Positions 17,674 to 26,247 of a stretch of 64,000 bases of DNA are shown piece by piece. Within the stretch, counting starts at the first letter, position 1; every line of letters starts with the position of its first letter. This DNA is from a virus (taxonomy: Duplodnaviria; Caudoviricetes): positions 1 through 64,000 of the IMG/VR virus record IMGVR_UViG_3300024255_001563; one strand, given 5' to 3'. The position numbers and the translations under genes were made by a program. The notes under the pieces are model-generated. The model saw nothing but the letters and a program-made list of their open reading frames with translations. It made no database searches and was not told where the DNA came from.

Positions 17674-18516
17674 ATGACTAACATAACTGTGGTTACAACT
17701 TTTCACAAGCCGGGACTTAACTTATACGGCCAACGTTTTTTAAATTCGTTTGCTGAAAAAGTAGATTCTAAAATTAAATTACTTGTATACGCAGAAGATT
17801 GTTCGCCTGTAAATCCTAATTCAGAACAGATAACAATACTCGATGCTAAAGAAGTTTTACCAAAACTAAATGCATTTAAAGAAAAATATAAAAATGTTCC
17901 ACATGCAAATGGAAATATTGCAAAGCATCCTGCACGTAATGGACGTAAAGACTGGAATAAAGAATTTAAATGGGACGCTGTAAGATTTGCTAATAAAACC
18001 TATGCTGTGTATGATGCATGCGAACGCAGCGAAGATTGGTGTGTGTGGATGGATGCAGATACGTTTGTACACAGCGAATGGTCATATGAACAATTTAAAC
18101 ATCTGCTTCCAGAAGATAAATGGATAACATATGTAGGTAGAGGCAAAGGATCACAAACATGGCCAGAGTGTGGCTTTTATGGAATGAACCTAAATCATCC
18201 GGTGTGTCATCAGTTTCTTAAAGAGTTTGAACGTATGTACGAAGATGCAGAAAACGGCATTTTTAAATTAGTTGAATGGCACGATAGTTTTGTATTTGGA
18301 CATCTATTAAAAAATTTAAAACCAGTTAGTAATAATGTACTCGACTATAGTGCAGAAATGTATCTTAAAGAAGCAAAATCAGGTGGCGGTGGACATCCTT
18401 TAATTAATACAATTTTAGGTAAATGGATCGATCATATGAAGGGTGATCGTAAAAATACAGGCAAGTCTAAAGCATCCGATATTATGGTTAACAGAAAAGA
18501 GAGTTACTGGAAGTAA
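17674..18516 (+). CDS. GT-A fold glycosyltransferase
   Basis: VVTTF, RFANKTYA, VWMDADT (DxD), ECGFYGMN, EWHDSFVF, DHMKG; start MTNIT at 17674 with AAGGA upstream. Confidence 0.75.
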   Translation: MTNITVVTTFHKPGLNLYGQRFLNSFAEKVDSKIKLLVYAEDCSPVNPNSEQITILDAKEVLPKLNAFKEKYKNVPHANGNIAKHPARNGRKDWNKEFKWDAVRFANKTYAVYDACERSEDWCVWMDADTFVHSEWSYEQFKHLLPEDKWITYVGRGKGSQTWPECGFYGMNLNHPVCHQFLKEFERMYEDAENGIFKLVEWHDSFVFGHLLKNLKPVSNNVLDYSAEMYLKEAKSGGGGHPLINTILGKWIDHMKGDRKNTGKSKASDIMVNRKESYWK

Positions 18517-18544
18517 TTACTATTAGGAAATCTTACTGTATTCA

Positions 18545-19372
18545 TTATGCATCCTTTTTGTATATTTTTTGATTGTCAGTACACCATACAGGTATATTTA
18601 CTCTTTCTGAAATTTGCTTAGCCTGCTTTGGATCGCTTTCTATATACATTAGCATATTGTTTGAGTTAATTATATTTGCCTTATACACCCCGTGCTTGAT
18701 GTTCGAATCTATTTTCATTATTAGTTTTTCGTATTGTATATTATGACGCTTTAACCAATCGGTTGTAACATCTCTATATTTTTCTAATCTACTTGTAATA
18801 ACAAATTTTACAGGCCGTTCTGGTAAAAATTTAGGCTCTGCTCTATGATAAAAGTCTAATAGCTTAGGTCCTTTATCATTTTCTTTTTTACTAGGATCTC
18901 TACACAGAACTCCATCCATGTCAGTACCAAATCTACCTAACTTATGATGCTTCCATAAGTTCCACTGGAAAACTCTAGGACGAGGACAAAAATCTGCACA
19001 TAAATCTATTTCTGATAAATTTGTTTTATCAGAATACCAAACTGCAAACTTTATTAATTCGTCTTCGATATTTGCTGCCTTAATCAAAGATATTGATTTT
19101 TTAAAACTAGAACCAGTATTAATACTATCGTCTACTAACAACACTCTATTTTTTGCTTTTAAATCTATTCGTTTGCCGCTTGTGCCTGAGGCTTGTCTAT
19201 TAATATATGTTTGTAAATCTGCATATGGCAATTGCAAGTGTAAGGCAATAAATGCCGCCGGTGCTATTCCTGATCGAGGAATACCAACAACTAAATCTAT
19301 ATCGTATTGTCTTATTTTATCTAAAACATTAACAATACTAACATTCATATCTTCAAAAGATCTAAAATTCAT
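18545..19372 (-). CDS. Phosphoribosyltransferase-HAD phosphatase fusion
   Basis: N-domain VVGIPRSG and PRPP loop VLLVDDSINTGSS; C-domain DMDGVL (HAD motif I), ITSR, K and YIESD. Confidence 0.8.
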   Translation of the reverse strand: MNFRSFEDMNVSIVNVLDKIRQYDIDLVVGIPRSGIAPAAFIALHLQLPYADLQTYINRQASGTSGKRIDLKAKNRVLLVDDSINTGSSFKKSISLIKAANIEDELIKFAVWYSDKTNLSEIDLCADFCPRPRVFQWNLWKHHKLGRFGTDMDGVLCRDPSKKENDKGPKLLDFYHRAEPKFLPERPVKFVITSRLEKYRDVTTDWLKRHNIQYEKLIMKIDSNIKHGVYKANIINSNNMLMYIESDPKQAKQISERVNIPVWCTDNQKIYKKDA

Positions 19373-19950
19373 TTAGTACCAATAATTCCCATGTTAATCC
19401 AACCATGTCTGTTACGCAATCTATTTTGATCCATGGTCATTTGCTTAACATTTTTTAAACCTGCATTCCTAAAACACTGTTGTAAAAATTTAGGTGTAAG
19501 TAATGCCCTGTGAAGCTGGTAATCAAAATCATCTTCTGGATTTATACAATAATTATATAATTTTCCTACTAACCATAAGTAAGGATCTTGGTTGGTTAAT
19601 TCTTTTCGCCAATTAACTTTTAATTTTTTTGTAGTTTGGCCAGTGTTTTCGTAATGTATTATTTCTTTCATTACATCTAATCCATTTACAGTCCAAACCT
19701 CAAGAGTACCGCCTGGGTTGATTACTCTAGCCCATTCAGATATAGTTGACTGCACTTGATACCAATGAACATGTTCTATACAGTGAGAAGAATATACACA
19801 ATCAAATTCACCGTCTTTAAATCTCGACAAGTCTCTTGCATCACCTTGATGATCTGATTTGCCACCATCTGATTTTAATTTATCTCCTAAATTAAAAGTT
19901 TCAAAACCTTCAACCTTCATTTTACCAGGACCTATTTCTAATCCTCTCAT
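19369..19950 (-). CDS. SAM-dependent methyltransferase (Methyltransf_11-like)
   Basis: LEIGPG, GDARDL, FDCVYSSHCIEH, RVINPGG motifs. Confidence 0.85.
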   Translation of the reverse strand: MRGLEIGPGKMKVEGFETFNLGDKLKSDGGKSDHQGDARDLSRFKDGEFDCVYSSHCIEHVHWYQVQSTISEWARVINPGGTLEVWTVNGLDVMKEIIHYENTGQTTKKLKVNWRKELTNQDPYLWLVGKLYNYCINPEDDFDYQLHRALLTPKFLQQCFRNAGLKNVKQMTMDQNRLRNRHGWINMGIIGTK

Positions 19951-20804
19951 TTGTTTTCCTTTTTTAATTTATATTCATTACTAAAAAATTCGGGATACTG
20001 ATAGAATAATGTTTCTAGTTCAGGATCTAACCGTATATGCTTTCCCATTAAATTAGCTTTTTGTTTTGCTTTTCTATATACGCTATTCCAATCTTGTATA
20101 GTAGTAACGCTTTGTGCAATTTGTGCGTAACTTTTACTTATTTTTTTCTCCCAGTTTCTAGTATCTTTAATACTTTTTAATTTTGCTTCTCTAGCTTCGT
20201 TAGATCCAAAATAACTAAAATGCCAACCGTTTTCGATTGGATGTAATCTAAAATATACTTTATGTTTTATATATTTAAATTTACCATGGCTCATAGGCCT
20301 TTCTTCAGGTAATCGATCTAATGTTGTAAATCTAGAGCCTCCCCAACCTCCATATCGTGCCATCCAGTCTACAAATACTATCCTATATTCTTGCCAACAA
20401 ACAACATAGTTATGTTGGTCCACTGCGGCTAGTATGTCTGTTAATCGTCTTTTATCCCAAAATTCGTCAAGATCATTATAAGCAAAATAAGCATTTTTAT
20501 CTATAGTCCTTGCTTCGTAGACAAGGCTATCTCTCATTTTGTTTTGTACTAATTTTTGTTTCCAACTTGCTTCATTAAGCCATTCATTAGGATGATCGAT
20601 AATACGATGATGAATTTTTTCTTGAATTTCTTGTGATAGATGAGGCCAAACATTTTCCATAAAGTTAGGAGTATTTCTTGTGCCTCTCCACGTATGTGTA
20701 CTTTCTAATATCACAAAATGATCAACAACATCTGCATAATAATTTAATCTTATTTTACATAAGTCGGCTTCATTAAAGTAGCAAAAAGAATCTATTAATT
20801 TCAT
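19947..20804 (-). CDS. GT17-like (beta-1,4-GlcNAc transferase-like) glycosyltransferase
   Basis: IDSF.YFNE.DL, VDHFVILES..T, Q...R, DLDE, GWHFSY; start MKLID at 20804. Confidence 0.8.
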   Translation of the reverse strand: MKLIDSFCYFNEADLCKIRLNYYADVVDHFVILESTHTWRGTRNTPNFMENVWPHLSQEIQEKIHHRIIDHPNEWLNEASWKQKLVQNKMRDSLVYEARTIDKNAYFAYNDLDEFWDKRRLTDILAAVDQHNYVVCWQEYRIVFVDWMARYGGWGGSRFTTLDRLPEERPMSHGKFKYIKHKVYFRLHPIENGWHFSYFGSNEAREAKLKSIKDTRNWEKKISKSYAQIAQSVTTIQDWNSVYRKAKQKANLMGKHIRLDPELETLFYQYPEFFSNEYKLKKENK

Positions 20805-21721
20805 ATGTATTTCCTTATATGCGCCCAAGCTTCCCCAGATCTCAGTTCTTTAAAATTCCAATGACTCATTGAAATTTTTTCAATCCATTGTTGTCTATCA
20901 GGCATTAAAGGATTTTCTATTTTTTTTAATTTTGTATTTGCAATTTCAAAAGCTTGACTATTTTCGGCATTTGTATCTAATACAAATACAGGAATGCCTT
21001 CTATAGCAGCAGCTACTCCAGGACTACTATTATATGTTATAACACACCAAGCATCTTTTAAATCATCTGTAATGTTTGGAGTAAAACTTGTTTTAACATT
21101 AGGATAATTTAATTTTAAATATTGTACTGCACGTTTATCGCCCGGATGTGCTCTAACTACAATAGGTCTATCTGTCACTGCTTGAATTCTTGCAATTACA
21201 TTTTTGCACCAGCTCATTACATCTAAGCCTTGCATACTCCAGCCACCGTTTCTTTGTAAGCATATTACTATATGATTACCTTTTGTACGCCAGTCTTTTA
21301 GTGAAAGCTTTAGGGTTTGGCTGATACTTTTCCATCTATTAGGATCAGGATCATCCCAAAAATAATTACCAGTAGTAGGAAAGACACCGTTACTACTATA
21401 TCTAAGATAATGATTACTATTACCAGGATCTGCATATAAAAATAAATTACTATCAATAATAATAGCATGTCTTCTATTTGCAATTTGTTTATCAATCACT
21501 TCTCTACGTAATTTTAAATGCGGACTATTAGGACTAGAACTATGTACAAATCCTTGTATTACTCCAGCATGACTCTTTGACCAACGGCGTTGCTCTGATG
21601 CAACACCTAAATCTCCATACTTAGTTACTCCTTCTGCAAAAAATTTTAAAACATCAATTTTTTCTTTATTTTTTGCGTTAGGAATTCCTTTAAGATATGT
21701 AATTACTGTTTTCTTAGTCAT
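20801..21721 (-). CDS. KpsS/GT107-like paralog 2
   Basis: IVICLQ, IVVRAHP, ITYNSSPGVAAAIEGIP, DRQQWIEKISMSHW motifs. Confidence 0.7.
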   Translation of the reverse strand: MTKKTVITYLKGIPNAKNKEKIDVLKFFAEGVTKYGDLGVASEQRRWSKSHAGVIQGFVHSSSPNSPHLKLRREVIDKQIANRRHAIIIDSNLFLYADPGNSNHYLRYSSNGVFPTTGNYFWDDPDPNRWKSISQTLKLSLKDWRTKGNHIVICLQRNGGWSMQGLDVMSWCKNVIARIQAVTDRPIVVRAHPGDKRAVQYLKLNYPNVKTSFTPNITDDLKDAWCVITYNSSPGVAAAIEGIPVFVLDTNAENSQAFEIANTKLKKIENPLMPDRQQWIEKISMSHWNFKELRSGEAWAHIRKYI

Positions 21722-22724
21722 TGTCGTCCTGTGATGATTCTAATATTTCATTTACTGATTCTTTTAAATGTGCCCAACATTCTCCTGATTCCATTTCTTC
21801 AGGTGTCCATTGACAGTATGCAAGATTATTTAACCATTGTTGAACTTGAGGTTCTGTTGCTAATTGCATGTTTTCTACATTTGCTAATTTTCTTTCTCCG
21901 ATATTCCAAGCAAAGTTACCTTCGTCACATGCAATTACCGGAATACCCTGAAGAGCAGCATCAATACTTAATCCACTTGTATATGCTACAACACAATATG
22001 CATTTTGTAATTGATTTTCCCAAGGATGTGCTTTTCCGTTTGTAAACGATATATTTTTATAATTATTAAACATAAAATGTCTAAAAAGCTCATCATGATC
22101 TGCCCATCCTTTTTCGCTTACTGCCGGATGTGTTCTTATTTCAATAGGCCTATCAGTATTTGCTCTTAACGTGCTAACTGTATCTTTTACCCATTGATTA
22201 ATATCGTTATTTCTTAAACTTGCATCACCACCAAGTTGCATAGCAATTACTATAGGACCTTCGGATTTATTATTCCATCCTTTGTAATGAATGCCTAGTT
22301 TGTCTAACCGATCACCTTTATGATCAACGTCTGGACCCCAGATAGCATCTCTATTTAAAAAGCCATTAATTCCGACTCGTTGATGTGTATTTGGTTTGAG
22401 TACCCGTCTATTTAACAGAGGTGTTTCTATACAAATAAAACAATTTGATTTTTCAACAATAGAAGATCTACATACGTGATGTATATTAGATCGTTGAGGT
22501 TTCCAACTGCCAAACATAACTCCAACATCGCATTTTGAATATTTTTCACCATACTCGTACTCAACGCCTGTTCCTCTGCCATTAGCTTTATTAACAGCTC
22601 TGATATATCGTAATTCTCTTTTACTAGAAGGAATTAGATCAGATGCAATGCCGTTGTGCATATTTCTTAGTACTTCTCTTTCATGATTATGACCTGCTGT
22701 CATCATGAATGTTTTAACTTTCAT
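21714..22724 (-). CDS. KpsS/GT107-like paralog 3 (retains QxxxD and HP)
   Basis: IAMQLGGDASL, IEIRTHP, VVAYTSGLSIDAALQGIP, WLNNLAYCQW motifs. Confidence 0.75.
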   Translation of the reverse strand: MKVKTFMMTAGHNHEREVLRNMHNGIASDLIPSSKRELRYIRAVNKANGRGTGVEYEYGEKYSKCDVGVMFGSWKPQRSNIHHVCRSSIVEKSNCFICIETPLLNRRVLKPNTHQRVGINGFLNRDAIWGPDVDHKGDRLDKLGIHYKGWNNKSEGPIVIAMQLGGDASLRNNDINQWVKDTVSTLRANTDRPIEIRTHPAVSEKGWADHDELFRHFMFNNYKNISFTNGKAHPWENQLQNAYCVVAYTSGLSIDAALQGIPVIACDEGNFAWNIGERKLANVENMQLATEPQVQQWLNNLAYCQWTPEEMESGECWAHLKESVNEILESSQDDND

Positions 22725-23484
22725 TTAATAATCTCCATGCTGTTCCATCTTTAAATTCTTCAATATGAAATTGTCCGTATGCAAGATGACAAGCCCATTT
22801 ATATATTTTATCTTTATCCTGTAGTGTGGGAGTTTCAATTAGGCTTAAATCTTTGTCGCAGACAGGGTCTGCTGCTGTCGGTGCCATCGAAAATGCCGGT
22901 ACACCATATAGCACACTTTCAACTGCTGCAATACTTTGATAAGTTACAAGTGCATGACAATATCTTAAATCATCAAATATAGTGTTCTTTATACGTTCTG
23001 GTCTTGTTGCTTTATCTCTAACTTTGATAGGTCTATCGGTATATTTTCTTATTTCTTCTATAGTTTTAGTTACCCATTCATTTCGTGATATACCGTAAAA
23101 CTTACAAGGCTTGTCTGAAGGTGTTACTAATAAAATATGTCTACCTTGTTTTAGATTTTCTATAGGGTACTGTAATTTTTTCCATCTATCATCCGGTCTT
23201 TCTATTATTCGTTCATGTTGTATATTATTTTTTACAATTCTATGCCAGTTCTTCCATCCTAATGGATTAATTGCTGATTTATAGTTGCCAACATATCCGC
23301 TGTCCATATAATAAAATGTATGATTATTCTTTAAGCACCATTGTATAAGTTTACGTTTTCCCATACTACGTATCATTATAGGATTGTTTTTAAAGTCATA
23401 TGAATAATTTTCTATAGGTAAGTTTGCCCCTTGTGCAAACATATTGACGTATTCGTCTGTTTTATGTTTACTTAGGCATATCAA
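22714..23484 (-). CDS. KpsS/GT107-like paralog 4 (divergent)
   Basis: YMDSGY, LLVTPSD, IKVRDK (no HP), VTYQSIAAVESVLYGVP, WACHLAYGQF motifs. Confidence 0.65.
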   Translation of the reverse strand: MICLSKHKTDEYVNMFAQGANLPIENYSYDFKNNPIMIRSMGKRKLIQWCLKNNHTFYYMDSGYVGNYKSAINPLGWKNWHRIVKNNIQHERIIERPDDRWKKLQYPIENLKQGRHILLVTPSDKPCKFYGISRNEWVTKTIEEIRKYTDRPIKVRDKATRPERIKNTIFDDLRYCHALVTYQSIAAVESVLYGVPAFSMAPTAADPVCDKDLSLIETPTLQDKDKIYKWACHLAYGQFHIEEFKDGTAWRLLNES

Positions 23485-24113
23485 AACTTATATCCAAATG
23501 TTTCTAAATCTTCTTTAAATAATTCTGTAACTATATTACGTGTTTTATCATTATAATATTCTCTATAATGTTTATGCTTGCTTTTATTAAGATGAGGCAA
23601 ATCTATTTTACATTTAAAAATATCTTCTAAATGATGTAAGCTACTATTAATCTCTTCTAATTTAATTACTATATCTACTCTATGTTCTAGCCAATGGACC
23701 ATAGGAGTTTTTCTTTTATATAACCAGATACCTAAATCAAATGGATTTTTTATATCTGCACTATGTTCGACTATCCAATTTTCAAAGCCTTTATTATAAT
23801 ACTCTGCTATTAAGATATCGTCTTCTTGATTAGTACTTTTCTTAGTGCGTAAACCTTGTTTGCGCATCTCAATTCTTTCTAGTGCTCTCTGACCAATGAA
23901 ATGATATAAACTAATTATCCTTGCATAAGGATTTCTAACAAAACTAAAAGTTGTACCTAGATTATTCCACACAGATTCTGCATCTGTTATTGTACAGTGT
24001 TTCTGTTGTCTATCGTGATTTATATTATCATAAACCCATTGTTCAAAACTACTGCCGCCTGTTTTAGGAATATGTATAAATGTTGCCTTAGGATTTTTAA
24101 AATGTATTGCCAT
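23481..24113 (-). CDS. Sulfotransferase family 2 (carbohydrate sulfotransferase-like)
   Basis: 5'-PSB FIHIPKTGGSSF, 3'-PB SFVRNPYARIISLY, C-terminal FKEDLETFGYKF; start MAIHF at 24113. Confidence 0.85.
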   Translation of the reverse strand: MAIHFKNPKATFIHIPKTGGSSFEQWVYDNINHDRQQKHCTITDAESVWNNLGTTFSFVRNPYARIISLYHFIGQRALERIEMRKQGLRTKKSTNQEDDILIAEYYNKGFENWIVEHSADIKNPFDLGIWLYKRKTPMVHWLEHRVDIVIKLEEINSSLHHLEDIFKCKIDLPHLNKSKHKHYREYYNDKTRNIVTELFKEDLETFGYKF

Positions 24114-24115
24114 AA

Positions 24116-24787
24116 TTAATTCATCATAATAAATAATTCTTGTTTCCACAATTCGTTAAATTCACAATCTCTGTAGTTTTCAAACCACGGTCCGCCTTCG
24201 GTGTAGTGTATTAAGTTTGGTGTTTCAATGTCATCATACACACCTACTAGATAGTTCCATGTATGATCTAATTCGCCAATCTCTTCATCTTTGAGCCAAC
24301 TAAAGCGATGTAAGTATGCTCCATTAATCTCAGGATCATTTACTAAATCTTGTGTAAGTTTAGCATTACTAGGATGGCCGCAGTTAAACAGCATCACACT
24401 TGACCAATTTTTACGTGGATAGATTGTTTGCTTTTGACCATCCATCTTCATACCTTCTTTAGGTGTATAATCATGTTGCACACACATAACAGCGTACTTG
24501 TCATCTGCTTGGTCAAATAATTCTTTAATGTCTGTAGTAAGAATCATGTCACAATCCATAAACACTGCCCAACCTTTGAAGTTAGCAAGTTCTGGTATTA
24601 AAAAACGTGTAAATGTAAATTCTGTACTTGCAAGTTTGTCTATGGGACGTTTATACCATCCTGCATCACGTAGTTCCTGTTGTTTTAGAGGACGCACATC
24701 TGCTTCAGGCTGTTTAGTTAATATACTGTGTTTGCACACTTGATATGCAATATCTTCTCTTGTGTCATAACCTACAAATATTTTCAT
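24116..24787 (-). CDS. GT8-like glycosyltransferase
   Basis: IFVGYD.RE, STEFTFTRF, FMDCD, YPRKNWSSVMLFN, WNYLVG, HYTEGGPW motifs. Confidence 0.8.
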   Translation of the reverse strand: MKIFVGYDTREDIAYQVCKHSILTKQPEADVRPLKQQELRDAGWYKRPIDKLASTEFTFTRFLIPELANFKGWAVFMDCDMILTTDIKELFDQADDKYAVMCVQHDYTPKEGMKMDGQKQTIYPRKNWSSVMLFNCGHPSNAKLTQDLVNDPEINGAYLHRFSWLKDEEIGELDHTWNYLVGVYDDIETPNLIHYTEGGPWFENYRDCEFNELWKQELFIMMN

Positions 24788-25545
24788 TAATCTCTTCTTT
24801 CTATATCGTCTTCGGTGAGCTCATTACCTAACCACACTTCTATTACTTTTGCACTCTTAGTATCTAGATTCACAGCCTTATGCCAATAGCCTGTTGGAAT
24901 GTCTATACTGTCTCCAGGAGTTAATAATGTAGTAGTTTGATGACCAGACTTGTCTTCTAAGAACATATTAATTACGCCATCAACTACATGCCAATGTTCG
25001 CTGCGTTTAAAGTGTCTTTGATCACTTAATGCATGTCCTTCATAGAATTCAAGTTGTTTAACTTGCCAGCCTGAGCCGTTATCTAGTATAGTGTATTTGC
25101 CCCATGCACGTTCAGTAGTAGGCTGACTCCATTCTTTAAGTATCCAACTACTTGAATTCTTTTTATCTTCCCCACCTACACCAAATACAAATTCTACATT
25201 AGTATATTGCATTTCGGGTATATTAGACTTTGTTCTATCTCCGCCATTAGCAAAGATAATTTTTGTACTTGCCCCTGATGTGCTTTGTAATTGAAATATT
25301 GCATGATTAGCAGTATTGTCAGAATCGTTAAATCCAATAACTTGATCAACACACGCAAGTTCTTTAATGATTGCGCAGCGTTCTTCAAAGGGCATAAACG
25401 GTCTACCCTTCTTGCGTGTTAACCATTCGTCACTGTTTACTCCGACAACTAGTTTATCGCCTAACTTTTTTGCTGCTTTAAAATATGCAATGTGTCCGCT
25501 GTGTAGTGGATCGAAGCCACCTGTTACTAATACTGTGTTGCTCAT
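24787..25545 (-). CDS. RfaE-like cytidylyl/nucleotidyltransferase fused to a ManC/PMI-type cupin
   Basis: VTGGFDPLHSGH, GVNSDEWL.RKKG, FANGGDR, SSSWIL; C-terminal ERAWG, SDQRH..RSEHW, IPTGYWH; start MSNTV at 25545. Confidence 0.85.
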   Translation of the reverse strand: MSNTVLVTGGFDPLHSGHIAYFKAAKKLGDKLVVGVNSDEWLTRKKGRPFMPFEERCAIIKELACVDQVIGFNDSDNTANHAIFQLQSTSGASTKIIFANGGDRTKSNIPEMQYTNVEFVFGVGGEDKKNSSSWILKEWSQPTTERAWGKYTILDNGSGWQVKQLEFYEGHALSDQRHFKRSEHWHVVDGVINMFLEDKSGHQTTTLLTPGDSIDIPTGYWHKAVNLDTKSAKVIEVWLGNELTEDDIERRD

Positions 25546-25552
25546 GCAGTAT

Positions 25553-26008
25553 TTACAAGGTAGCGTCTTCCATTCCTGCAACTCTGAGTTTAACTACGTT
25601 TGTTATCTGCCATTGCTTTTGATCAAGACCTTTTAACAGACCTAACCACTTGTTACGCATTAGTGCAAACTCATTAATAATCTTTTCATAGTCAACAACG
25701 TCTGCCTCACCGTCTACGTATTTTTCAACGTCACGGCTTGACAGAGCTCGTTGATAGTTCTCAAGATATTTCTTAAAGAACGAACTGCGCAATCTACGCA
25801 GTTCGATATTTAAGTAGTTTAGGATTGCTTCAATTTCTTGTAGCTGATTAAAACGGTACTCAACAATACCAGGCATTTCTGCTGCTGCCTTTTCGACATT
25901 GCCTTTTAGTTTTACTTCTGCTCTTGCCTGGACAAGTTCATTTTCAAAGTATTGTATAGCAGCCGGAATTTGATTAATATCTCGGCTTACATTACTATAC
26001 CATCCCAT
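25553..26008 (-). CDS. uvsY: Recombination mediator UvsY
   Basis: Helical protein with YLENYQRALSSRDVEKYVDGE...KGLDQKQWQI; lies near uvsX. Confidence 0.8.
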   Translation of the reverse strand: MGWYSNVSRDINQIPAAIQYFENELVQARAEVKLKGNVEKAAAEMPGIVEYRFNQLQEIEAILNYLNIELRRLRSSFFKKYLENYQRALSSRDVEKYVDGEADVVDYEKIINEFALMRNKWLGLLKGLDQKQWQITNVVKLRVAGMEDATL

Positions 26009-26247
26009 TATTCATCCCAATCCTCGTCAAAATCATCTTCAACATATAAGTCAGAATCTTGTTCTAGATAATAATTTATCGCTTTATCTAAATCTTTATC
26101 TATTCCAATTAAATCCTGCATTATAAGATCTGATGTTCCATAATCTGCTAATAGATCAATAAATTTTTCTGCTACTAGCTCAATTTGTTTTTTATCTAGA
26201 TATTCTTTAAACAGTGTCCATATCTCGGCTATCTGCTCTTCAGTCAT
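26008..26247 (-). CDS. Small acidic hypothetical protein
   Basis: Between uvsX and uvsY; start MTEEQ at 26247; acidic C-tail. Confidence 0.65.
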   Translation of the reverse strand: MTEEQIAEIWTLFKEYLDKKQIELVAEKFIDLLADYGTSDLIMQDLIGIDKDLDKAINYYLEQDSDLYVEDDFDEDWDE

